Assembly: GCA_964391965.1 (NCBI GenBank)
Contig: CAYMOC010000004.1
Location: 1 to 45,871 of the forward strand
Source: an uncultured Thermoplasmatales archaeon
Lineage (GTDB): Archaea; Thermoplasmatota; E2; DHVEG-1
Direction: 5' to 3'
Length of the DNA: 45,871 nucleotides
The position numbers and the translations under genes were made by a program. Shown piece after piece: positions 30,015 to 39,262 of this stretch. Under the pieces are notes generated by a model. The model saw nothing but the letters and a program-made list of their open reading frames with translations, had not been told where the DNA came from and did not search any database. The stretch's first letter is position 1; each line of letters opens with the position of its first letter.

Positions 30015-31094
30015 ATGAGGAGAAATATTAATAAAAGTAAGCTGACGATAACAATATCCGTAATATTAGCGGCGTTTTTTATAGGAATGTCTATGAGCTC
30101 TGCATTAGCAGATGATATAAGCTCAATATCTGAAGAAGAATTAAGCCTTGAAGAAAAACAAAAAATAAAAGAAGAACTAGAAGCAGAAGAATCTTGTTCA
30201 TTATGTAGTGCTCAATCATCAGCACTAGAACTCGAATTAAGTCCATATGCACAACAGATAAGAGATGAAACTGGTTTAGAAATTAATGAAATCAATGACC
30301 ACTTCGCAATGGTTAAATCACTTAGTTCTGAGAAAAAAATCGAATTAAGTAATTTTTTAGCCTCTAAAATCGAATCAGAGGCAGCCTCATTAAAGGCCGA
30401 AGAAAGATCAAATGCTCTTCAAATTTCCTCAGATCTTAGATCTAAAGCAATACCTGCATTTTCTGCTGAATCAGAAAAAGAAGTAGGAGTTGTGATATCA
30501 TTAGGAACAATGACTGCAGGAGCAGTAGTGGCTGGTGGAATGCAACAGTCAACTACAGGTTCATCATCCCAATCAACAAGTTCATCGACCACAGGCACCG
30601 GTGATTGTGAACAGAACTGTGAAAGCTCAAAATCAAATTGTGAAGCAGACGCATTAGCAGAAATAAGTGGCAATTATCCAGGTTGGGAACCAGGTTGGGA
30701 ATTATCTGGACAAGATATCTTTGCTATATGGTTAGCAGCAATGACGGTTATGATGATGGTTTCAGGAAACTATTTTGCAGGTTTGTTTTTCGGATTGGCG
30801 TTTGAAGATTTCGTCGATGTGATGCAACAGGCCGATCAAGACTATCAAGATGCACTCGATAATTGTGATTCCAATTTCGATGACTGCATGGAAGGTTGTG
30901 GGGGAGAAGGAGCATCCTCAGCATCTACATCAGTAGGAATAACAAATATTCAATCAGTACAAGTAGCTCAATCAGTAGCTATAGCTCAACCAACAGCCCT
31001 CTCTGTGGAAGTCGCAGCTTCAGTACAAACAACTGAAATATCAATGTCACAACCAGTAGGAACAACACAACAACCAAGCGCAACAGACATATAA
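30015..31094 (+). CDS. Secreted Cys-containing protein of unknown function
   Basis: Signal peptide ending SALA; CSLC; CEQNCESSKSNC...CDSNFDDCMEGC flanking a hydrophobic segment; S/T/Q-rich tail. Confidence 0.75.
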   Translation: MRRNINKSKLTITISVILAAFFIGMSMSSALADDISSISEEELSLEEKQKIKEELEAEESCSLCSAQSSALELELSPYAQQIRDETGLEINEINDHFAMVKSLSSEKKIELSNFLASKIESEAASLKAEERSNALQISSDLRSKAIPAFSAESEKEVGVVISLGTMTAGAVVAGGMQQSTTGSSSQSTSSSTTGTGDCEQNCESSKSNCEADALAEISGNYPGWEPGWELSGQDIFAIWLAAMTVMMMVSGNYFAGLFFGLAFEDFVDVMQQADQDYQDALDNCDSNFDDCMEGCGGEGASSASTSVGITNIQSVQVAQSVAIAQPTALSVEVAASVQTTEISMSQPVGTTQQPSATDI

Positions 31095-31109
31095 AATTAA
31101 TAAACCATA

Positions 31110-31160
31110 GCACCAGTTTTTTGGGTGCACAAATCTTTTTATTTTTTTATATTGTTTTTT
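31110..31160 (+). terminator. Putative terminator
   Basis: GCACC...GGTGC hairpin followed by T-tracts just after the stop codon. Confidence 0.4.
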
Positions 31161-31286
31161 GAAAAAATATTGATCAGTTTAATATAATAACTTTTTTTAT
31201 TTGAGTTTGTCATTACTAAAAAAACCACTATTAGAAAAAAATAAAAAAGATTATAAGAAAACTAAAGTATATTAAATAAATTCATC

Positions 31287-31583
31287 TTAAGGTATAATTG
31301 TATCAATTATCTCTAAAATTAGGCTTATAATACTTTTTATAAGTGTAATAATTGACTCAATTATTCTAATGATGAGATCTATAAAAGAAGCTGGTTTAAG
31401 GAAATTTAGCTTTTGAGCTATTTCTTCTTCTAATTTCTCGGCAAATTGTTCAAAAATTATTTTTTCTTTAGAACTTGCAATTTTAGATACATTAGTACTT
31501 GATATCGCAGGCATTGTTAGCATTATTAAAACAGTTAATATACTACCAAATATAAGAGTCTTATTTTTCATATTAATCACCAT
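31287..31583 (-). CDS. Small secreted or membrane protein, paralog of 16145-16438
   Basis: Shares TMPAISSTN..KI..SKEK and a near-identical 30-nt DNA stretch; amphipathic C-terminus. Confidence 0.7.
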   Translation of the reverse strand: MVINMKNKTLIFGSILTVLIMLTMPAISSTNVSKIASSKEKIIFEQFAEKLEEEIAQKLNFLKPASFIDLIIRIIESIITLIKSIISLILEIIDTIIP

Positions 31584-31733
31584 TACTATAATTTATATTG
31601 AATTATTTTATATTTATAATTTTCTATAATAATGAAATACTCTAAAAAGTAATTATTTACTATTTGTAGAATTTTTATAAAATTATTGTAACAAATCTTT
31701 TAAAACATGTTTTCTTCTCATCTTTTTGAAATT

Positions 31734-33509
31734 ATGCGTATAGCAGTATTGATTCGTGATAGATGTAAACCAAAGAATTGTGGAAAAGAATGCATTAAGT
31801 TTTGTCCTAGAGTACGTGCTGGTGATGAAACTATTGTTATGGGCGAGGATGGTAAACCCCGTATTTCAGAGGATCTTTGTGTAGGATGTGGCATTTGTGT
31901 TCATAAATGTCCTTTTGAAGCTATAAAAATTATTGGTCTTGCTGAAGAACTTAAAACAGATCTTATTCATCAGTTTGGAAAAAATGGTTTTCGTTTGTTT
32001 AGAATGCCTGTTCCAAAAAAAGGTATGTGTGTGGGAATTCTTGGTAAAAACGGGATTGGGAAATCTACTGCTATAAAAATACTATCAGGACAGATCATAC
32101 CAAATCTAGGTGAAGTTGATAAGAAACCAGTTTGGGATAATGTTGTTGATTATTACAAGGGTACTGAACTTTTTGATCATTTTAAAAAGATTCAAAACAA
32201 GGATTTAAGTTGTGTTGTTAAACCTCAGTATGTTGACAAACTCCCATCTGTTATGAAGGGAAAAATCCGTGATGTACTTGAGGGTATTGATGATTCTGAG
32301 AGATTTGATAAAATTGTTGAAAAACTTGGTCTTGAAAATGTTCTTGATAAAAACATTGAAGACAAAAAGATATCAGGTGGAGAATTGCAACTTGTATCAA
32401 TTGCAGCAGCATTACTAAAAGATGTTGATTTGTATTTTTTTGATGAACCATCATCATATTTGGACATTCATCAACGTCTCAAAGTTTCAAGAATAATTAA
32501 GGATTTAGCTGAAAATAAAAAAGTAATAGTTGTAGAACATGATCTTGCGGTTCTTGATTTTCTTTGTGAGAATATTCATCTTCTGTATGGTGATGAAGGA
32601 GGGTATGGTGTTGTAACACATCCTAGGGGTGTTCGTCATGCGATAAACACATACCTATCTGGCTATCTTAAGGAGGAAAATATTCGTTTTGGTGAACAAA
32701 TAGAGTTTTTTGAATCACCACCTAAGAGAAGACAAGAAATGCGGATACTTGCAACATATAAGGATTTGAAGAAGAAATTTAAAAATTTTGAGTTAGAAGT
32801 AAAAAATGGGGTTATTAGACGCGGTGAATTGATTGGTATTCTTGGTCCTAATGCTATTGGTAAAACAACGTTTGTTAAAATGATAGCAGGTGTTATGAAA
32901 CCTGATTCAGGTGAAGTGGAAGAGGATCTTAGGGTTAGTTATAAACCTCAGTATATAACTCCTGATTTTGATGGTACTGTTCGTGATTTCTTTGAAATCA
33001 AGGCTCAGAAGTTGTTCACTGATTCTTTTTACAAAGCTGAAATTTTTGATTCTTTTCATCTTAAGTATCTTCTTGATAAAAATATTAATAATCTTTCTGG
33101 TGGTGAACTCCAGCGTGTGGCTACAGCTAATTGTCTTGCTCAAGATGCAGATATTTATCTAATCGATGAACCATCTGCTTACTTGGATAGCGAACAACGT
33201 AAAATTATTTCTCGGCGTGTTAGACGGATTATGGAAAAAACAGGTAAATCCGCGCTTATAGTAGATCATGATGTATATTTCATTGATATGATTAGTGATG
33301 CATTGATTGTTTTTGATGGCGAACCTGGAATCAAAGGTCGTGCTCAAGGACCATTTAGTCTTCATGAGGGAATGAATCGTTTTCTTAAAGATGTAGATAT
33401 AACATTCCGTCGTGATGAGGATACTAAAAGACCACGTGTTAATAAACCGGGATCATATATGGATCGTAAACAACGATCTGAAGAGGAATACTACTATAGC
33501 AACATTTAA
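31734..33509 (+). CDS. rli: Ribosome recycling ATPase RLI/ABCE1
   Basis: N-terminal Fe-S domain (CKPKNC...CPRVR...CVGCGICVHKCPF), two ABC domains, TFRRDE..KRPRVNK. Confidence 0.97.
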   Translation: MRIAVLIRDRCKPKNCGKECIKFCPRVRAGDETIVMGEDGKPRISEDLCVGCGICVHKCPFEAIKIIGLAEELKTDLIHQFGKNGFRLFRMPVPKKGMCVGILGKNGIGKSTAIKILSGQIIPNLGEVDKKPVWDNVVDYYKGTELFDHFKKIQNKDLSCVVKPQYVDKLPSVMKGKIRDVLEGIDDSERFDKIVEKLGLENVLDKNIEDKKISGGELQLVSIAAALLKDVDLYFFDEPSSYLDIHQRLKVSRIIKDLAENKKVIVVEHDLAVLDFLCENIHLLYGDEGGYGVVTHPRGVRHAINTYLSGYLKEENIRFGEQIEFFESPPKRRQEMRILATYKDLKKKFKNFELEVKNGVIRRGELIGILGPNAIGKTTFVKMIAGVMKPDSGEVEEDLRVSYKPQYITPDFDGTVRDFFEIKAQKLFTDSFYKAEIFDSFHLKYLLDKNINNLSGGELQRVATANCLAQDADIYLIDEPSAYLDSEQRKIISRRVRRIMEKTGKSALIVDHDVYFIDMISDALIVFDGEPGIKGRAQGPFSLHEGMNRFLKDVDITFRRDEDTKRPRVNKPGSYMDRKQRSEEEYYYSNI

Positions 33510-33533
33510 AAATTATAAAAATTGTTATAATAC

Positions 33534-34148
33534 ATGATATTATACCCCCTAATTGTTATGCCAAGATCGGGGAGGATTAGAAGATTCATATGTGAGTATA
33601 ATGAATCTCCTAAAGGAGAAAAGATTTCTTTTATTCCTCCATTTGTAATCCTTTTTCTTGAGTTAGTTCTTTTGCTTCATGCATTAACAATAGATCATCC
33701 TGATATAATGGTTGTAGAACTTACTTCTATTCTTCTAGTTATTTCAATTATTGAAATTATTATTGTTGTATCTGAGATTCATCAACATTATCAAAGAAAT
33801 TCTTTGGAGAGGGATCTTACTATCCGTTTAGATGATTTTATTCTTGAAAGTAAACTTAAAAATGTAAAAAAAATTGTTGAAGAGTTTTTAGAAATTAATC
33901 CTAACTATAAAAACAATAGAAATAAGGTCTATAGTATTGCTTGTCAGATTATGGAGACTCATACTAGGGAGCTTTGGGAGAAAACTCTTTATAACAGATT
34001 AAAGCGTTTTGTAAAAAATAATGATTTTTCTAATGTTAAGGATTTGGTTTCAGAGTTTATTGATAAATATCCTGAGTATGAGAATGATCCGGATAAGGTT
34101 TATCCGGTTGCTGTTCGTTTTATGGTTAAAAAAGAAGAAGATGTTTAA
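33534..34148 (+). CDS. Membrane protein with tandem helical repeat
   Basis: Two TM helices; repeat RL..F......NVK..V.EF....P.Y......VY..A...M occurs twice. Confidence 0.7.
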   Translation: MILYPLIVMPRSGRIRRFICEYNESPKGEKISFIPPFVILFLELVLLLHALTIDHPDIMVVELTSILLVISIIEIIIVVSEIHQHYQRNSLERDLTIRLDDFILESKLKNVKKIVEEFLEINPNYKNNRNKVYSIACQIMETHTRELWEKTLYNRLKRFVKNNDFSNVKDLVSEFIDKYPEYENDPDKVYPVAVRFMVKKEEDV

Positions 34149-34244
34149 AAAAAGAATTTTTGACATTTTTACAAAAAGACATAGTGTAACGTTAATTTTA
34201 TATAGCATCATTAACAAAGTATAACATGTTTAGGAGCAAAAATC

Positions 34245-34429
34245 AGGGGAGAGAAAAAAAATGGACTTATCAGAAAACGAAAAAAAATTTCGTTCATATC
34301 TGAAAAAATACCACCCCCACAAATATTTAAAATTAATTGAAATGGAGAAGGAAGAACTTTTTTCTGGAAAAATTATTCCCACCTAAAAAAATTTTCCACC
34401 ACAAAAAAAACCTCACTTTTCTCTCCCCT
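34245..34429 (+). repeat. Perfect 13-bp inverted repeat bracketing the small ORF
   Basis: AGGGGAGAGAAAA (34245-34257) and TTTTCTCTCCCCT (34417-34429). Confidence 0.8.
34261..34386 (+). CDS. Small 41-aa protein (not in ORF track)
   Basis: MDLSENEKKFRSYLKKYHPHKYLKLIEMEKEELFSGKIIPT*; purine-rich SD AGGGGAGAG upstream. Confidence 0.55.
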   Translation: MDLSENEKKFRSYLKKYHPHKYLKLIEMEKEELFSGKIIPT

Positions 34430-34443
34430 AATCAAAACCCCTT

Positions 34444-35661
34444 TTAAACCATAACACCTTTTTTAAACACCTTATCAACCAAATTAACACCAAAATGATA
34501 AGGTAAAAACTTATAAGACAGACAATTCAAAACTAAAACATCAGCAAATTTATCTTTTTCCAAACTACCAACTTTATCCTGCATACCAATCGCACAAGCA
34601 GCATTAAAAGTAGAAGCACAAACCGCTTCAGCAGGAGTCATCTTCATATTAAAACAAGCAAGTTGTATCATAAACTGCATATTTTCAGTCCAACAATTAG
34701 GATTCAGATCAGTAGCCAAAGCCAAAGGAACACCCAAATCAATCATATCACGAGCAGGAGCATACTCTTTCATCATCAAACAAAAAGGAGTACCAGGAAG
34801 CATAACACCAATAACACCAGAATCAGCCATATCTTTAATCCCTTTTTTAGAAATTTTAAGTAGATGCTCAGCACTAATAGCACCCACCTCCGCTGCAAGA
34901 GAAGCTCCTCCTGTATCAACTATTTCATCAGCATGAATCTTCGGAACCAGACCATGTTTTTTTCCAGCCTCAAGAATACGTTTTGATTGAACTGCATCAA
35001 AAAATCCTTTTTCACAAAAAACATCACAAAACTTGGCTGATTTTGAAGCATCAGGAATCATATCTTCAATAACCAAATCTACATAATCCTCAACAGAAAC
35101 ACCCTCTGGAATTGAATGCGCTCCAAGAAAAGTAGAAACAATATCTATAACATGATCATCATTAAGTTTTTTTTGAACATCAAGCATGCGAAGCTCTGTT
35201 TCAACATCTAATCCATAACCAGTTTTAGCCTCGCAAGTTGTAGTACCATAAGATAGCATTGTATCTAGTCTTTTTTTAGCCAGATCATATAGTTCTTCAA
35301 AACTACTCTCACGAGTTTTCTTAACAGTATACCCGATACCTCCACCTTTCCTTTTAATATCCATATAAGAAAGACCATTAAGTTTCCAATCCAGTTCAAA
35401 CTCTCGGCTACCACCAAAAACCAAATGAGTATGAGGATCCACAAAACCAGGCATCACAGTTTTACCAGAAACATCAAAAACCTCATCTGCATCATAATCC
35501 AGATTTTTTCCTACATCAAAAACCAACCCATCCTTTATAGCGATATCACCATTTTCTATAATAGATAAATCCTTCATCTCCTCTTTAACACGAGGTTTTT
35601 CTGAACCCCTTAAAGTAACAAGTTCATTTGCATTTTTTATCAAAACATCAACTGTGACCAT
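34444..35661 (-). CDS. hutI: Imidazolonepropionase
   Basis: DPHTHLVFGGSR..E, GGGI..TV, EAKTGYGL, DVFCEKG, HADE, ATDLNP. Confidence 0.95.
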   Translation of the reverse strand: MVTVDVLIKNANELVTLRGSEKPRVKEEMKDLSIIENGDIAIKDGLVFDVGKNLDYDADEVFDVSGKTVMPGFVDPHTHLVFGGSREFELDWKLNGLSYMDIKRKGGGIGYTVKKTRESSFEELYDLAKKRLDTMLSYGTTTCEAKTGYGLDVETELRMLDVQKKLNDDHVIDIVSTFLGAHSIPEGVSVEDYVDLVIEDMIPDASKSAKFCDVFCEKGFFDAVQSKRILEAGKKHGLVPKIHADEIVDTGGASLAAEVGAISAEHLLKISKKGIKDMADSGVIGVMLPGTPFCLMMKEYAPARDMIDLGVPLALATDLNPNCWTENMQFMIQLACFNMKMTPAEAVCASTFNAACAIGMQDKVGSLEKDKFADVLVLNCLSYKFLPYHFGVNLVDKVFKKGVMV

Positions 35662-35724
35662 GTTAATACTCCCAAAACCGTTAAAAGAAAACTCTTGATT
35701 AAGATTTTTCGGTGATAAAGACTT

Positions 35725-37386
35725 ATGAAAAAAATAGTCGAATGTGTCCCAAACTTTAGCGAAGGTAAAGATAAAACAATAATAGATGCAATTTCAGCAG
35801 CAATAAAATCAGAAAAAAACGCTAAACTATTAGATGTCGACCCAGGTGAAGATTTCAACAGAACAGTATACACCTTTGTAGGAACACCCAAAGGAGTACT
35901 AAACGCTGCTTTTAAAGCAGCAAAAATTGGAACCTCTCTGATAGACATGCAGAAACACAAAGGAGAACACGCACGAATGGGAGCGCTCGACGTATGTCCA
36001 TTTATACCAATAAAAGGAGTAAACGATCAAGATTGTATAGAACTATCAAAAAAATTCGGAAAAAAAATGGCCGAAGAACTCGACATACCCGTATTTCTAT
36101 ATGCAAAATCAGCAACCAAAAAAGAAAACATTAAACTACCAAACATAAGAAAAGGAGAATACGAAGCACTAGAAGAAAAATTCAAAAACAAAGAATTCAA
36201 GCCCGACTTCGGTGAAGCAAAATTTGTACCCAAAAGCGGAGCAACCGCTACAGGATGCCGAGACATACTACTAGCATACAACATAAACCTAAACACCGCG
36301 GATAAAAAAATAGCATCCAAAATAGCAGGAATAATACGAACCAGCGGAAAAATCAAAAAAGACAAACAAGGAAACAAAATAACTGGACCCGATGGAAAAG
36401 CAGAAAGAATACCCGGAAAATTCAAAGGAGTACAAGCTGGAGGTATGATGTACAATGAAAACATCGCCCAGGTCTCAATGAACCTACTTAACTACAAAAA
36501 AGTAAACCTTCATCATGTCTACGAGGAAGTAAAAAAACAAGCAAAAAAACACAATGTAGAAGTCACAGGAAGCGAAATAGTAGGACTTCTTCCAAAAGAA
36601 GCACTAACCATGGCAGGAGAATACTACTCACAACAAGAAAAACTAAACATAAAAGACGAAGAAAAACTAGTAAACCTATCTATCGAAAAACTAGGACTTT
36701 CAGATCTGTATCCATTTAAACCAGATGAAAAAGTAATAGAATATATGATAGAAGAAAAAGGAAAACTTGCAACAATGGAAATCGATTCTTTTTTAAAAGA
36801 ACTATCTTCATCATCACCAGCACCAGGAGGAGGAAGCGTAGCAGCACTCTCAGGAGCATTAGGAACAGCATTAACAGCAATGGTATGCAACCTAACAATA
36901 GGAAAAGAAAAATACAAAAAACACAAAAAAAATATAAAAGAAACACTCAACGAGGCTGAACAACTAAGAAAAAAACTAACCCAGCTAATAGATGAAGACA
37001 CAAATGCATTTAATGATGTAATAAAAGCATTCAAAATGCCAAAAGACACACCGGAACAAAAAAACAAAAGAAGTAAAGCAATACAAGAAGGATACAAAAA
37101 AGCAGCATCAGTACCCCTTAAAACAGCTGAAACCTGCGAAAAAATCATAGATCTTGCCAAAATTGTTGCAGAAAAAGGAAATCAGAACTCAATAACAGAT
37201 GCAGCAGTATCCGCAATAATGGCAGATGCAGGAATAAAATCAGCAATACTAAATGTTGAAATAAACCTTGGATCAATAAAAGACAAAGAATATGTCACAA
37301 AAACTCAGGAAAAAATAAAAAAAATTGAAAAAACTTCAGAAGAAAAAACAGGGAAAATAATTAAATTAGTTAGAGAAAAACTATAA
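35725..37386 (+). CDS. ftcd: Glutamate formiminotransferase/formiminoTHF cyclodeaminase (bifunctional)
   Basis: VECVPNFSEG, GEHARMGALDVCPF, AQVSMNL, SPAPGGGSVAAL. Confidence 0.95.
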   Translation: MKKIVECVPNFSEGKDKTIIDAISAAIKSEKNAKLLDVDPGEDFNRTVYTFVGTPKGVLNAAFKAAKIGTSLIDMQKHKGEHARMGALDVCPFIPIKGVNDQDCIELSKKFGKKMAEELDIPVFLYAKSATKKENIKLPNIRKGEYEALEEKFKNKEFKPDFGEAKFVPKSGATATGCRDILLAYNINLNTADKKIASKIAGIIRTSGKIKKDKQGNKITGPDGKAERIPGKFKGVQAGGMMYNENIAQVSMNLLNYKKVNLHHVYEEVKKQAKKHNVEVTGSEIVGLLPKEALTMAGEYYSQQEKLNIKDEEKLVNLSIEKLGLSDLYPFKPDEKVIEYMIEEKGKLATMEIDSFLKELSSSSPAPGGGSVAALSGALGTALTAMVCNLTIGKEKYKKHKKNIKETLNEAEQLRKKLTQLIDEDTNAFNDVIKAFKMPKDTPEQKNKRSKAIQEGYKKAASVPLKTAETCEKIIDLAKIVAEKGNQNSITDAAVSAIMADAGIKSAILNVEINLGSIKDKEYVTKTQEKIKKIEKTSEEKTGKIIKLVREKL

Positions 37387-37396
37387 TTTAATGTAG

Positions 37397-38608
37397 TTAA
37401 CCAAATAACATATCTAAAATTGTTTGTATCAACTCGATGAACCATTCAAATATCGAACCGCCACCTGAATCATCTTCACATTCAATTATTAAAGGATAAG
37501 ACCAACGGCTTTCAACCCCATTCTCATTTTTTGCTTTAACTCTAATATAATGTTCACCAATTTCATCCCATGAATACTCGGCTTTTGCCTCATCACCAGA
37601 ATTAAAAGGTCCAATCCATTCGCTGTATGTACCATCACCCCAATCCCATTTATAATACAAAACTTCACCATTTGGATCAGTAGAAGATGTAGTATATTCA
37701 CAAACCTCATTTTTATCAGGTCTCATAGAACCCAAAGGCATTGAAGGCTTAGATGGCCGGTTTAAAGGTTCATCATTAGTAATAGAAATTAAAACAGATA
37801 TCTGATTAGAACTTTCAGCATTTACAGTAAGATCCATATCTAGTTCATGTACATCACTTCTTGCACATGAATCAATATAATTTTTAAAAACTGTTTCAGA
37901 GTGACCTGAGCCTGTTAATACTTCTTTCCCGCCATCAATATAACTGGAGGGATACGCACAAATATTGAAATCATCCGTTAATCTGTTTTCAGCATATGTA
38001 TTTTTATCTTCAACTAATGCTAAATAATAAAATGGGACTTCATCTGATTCGTAGACATTTTTCAATGTCTCGGCCATATCCGGGCAATATCTGCACCAAG
38101 AAGCAGTACCTTCTTCTATAAGAACTGTATGAGTGTACCCGTTTTCTCTAACATTAGAATCAGTTTCACCGGGACTTGCTCCAACAGTTGCATCAACATG
38201 AAATGCATTAAACTGGTTTCTATGATCCCTATACGAATATTGTAGCTCACTTTCTGAATTATACACTGCAGCTATAATCATTAGATTACTCAAATCTATG
38301 TTACCTGACCAAGTATAACTTTGTTCATAAGTTTCTTGATAATCAATAGATAAAACATTGTTTTCTAAAATATCTGCAACTGAATAATGATAAGGTTCAT
38401 CATTATACATTTTCCAACTTGAAATTTTTTCTACAACAAATATTCTTAATCGACCTCTGTATTGATCACCATTTAAAGTTGAATATTCAGGATTTTCCTT
38501 ATTTTGTTCAGCTGCCACATCAAAAACACTGAGAGCAATTATTGATACTAAAATAATAAACACTAAAGAGAATTTCATTATGTTATGTAGTTTTAAGTTA
38601 TAGTTCAT
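37397..38608 (-). CDS. Secreted thioredoxin-fold (Omp28-like) plus PKD protein with C-terminal amphipathic anchor
   Basis: Signal peptide; EEGTASWCRYCP; YKWDWGDG; C-terminal SIFEWFIELIQTILDMLFG. Confidence 0.75.
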   Translation of the reverse strand: MNYNLKLHNIMKFSLVFIILVSIIALSVFDVAAEQNKENPEYSTLNGDQYRGRLRIFVVEKISSWKMYNDEPYHYSVADILENNVLSIDYQETYEQSYTWSGNIDLSNLMIIAAVYNSESELQYSYRDHRNQFNAFHVDATVGASPGETDSNVRENGYTHTVLIEEGTASWCRYCPDMAETLKNVYESDEVPFYYLALVEDKNTYAENRLTDDFNICAYPSSYIDGGKEVLTGSGHSETVFKNYIDSCARSDVHELDMDLTVNAESSNQISVLISITNDEPLNRPSKPSMPLGSMRPDKNEVCEYTTSSTDPNGEVLYYKWDWGDGTYSEWIGPFNSGDEAKAEYSWDEIGEHYIRVKAKNENGVESRWSYPLIIECEDDSGGGSIFEWFIELIQTILDMLFG

Positions 38609-38690
38609 TCCGTTATCTCCATGATTTTTATTTTAATACCTATTTGAATTATATTTATTTAAATTTTTTCATAAAAAAATATTAATTAAT

Positions 38691-39146
38691 TCAACCATTT
38701 ACAGAATTTTCTAAAATTGCATAAATCTGAGAAGCTGTTTGGGTTGGAGGAGGTGCTGTAACTTCTAAATAAGTCAACATAACAGGGCGACCAATTTTAT
38801 CACCCATTTCAAAATCATTATAACGATCTGCAGAAAACAAAATTGGTAGATCCGTAATATTATTTTTACGCAACTCATTAACAACGACTTCTCTTAATTC
38901 TACAGATTCCAAAAAATGCTTATTCAATTCTGTAGGATAATATATAACACCATCTTGATCAATAATACAAACATAATAAGTTGATGCTACATCAGCATCA
39001 GGTTCTACAATAACTAATTTACCAAGACGTTGAACAATTTTTTTTTCTTCAACGGTATCTACTGTTTCTACACAACCTGAAGAAAACAATGAAAATATTA
39101 TAATCAGCGAACAAACCATCCCTAATATTATTTTTGAATAATTCAT
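38691..39146 (-). CDS. Putative lipoprotein
   Basis: Hydrophobic N-terminus ending in lipobox SSGC. Confidence 0.7.
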   Translation of the reverse strand: MNYSKIILGMVCSLIIIFSLFSSGCVETVDTVEEKKIVQRLGKLVIVEPDADVASTYYVCIIDQDGVIYYPTELNKHFLESVELREVVVNELRKNNITDLPILFSADRYNDFEMGDKIGRPVMLTYLEVTAPPPTQTASQIYAILENSVNG

Positions 39147-39262
39147 AACCTAGTACAATAAACAAAAATCTAAATCGTTTTAATAAGATTTACTATCAAA
39201 AAAAACATAGATTTTTTACGGTAAGCTTATAAACCATTGTGTTTTTAAACTCGTTTTTAACC

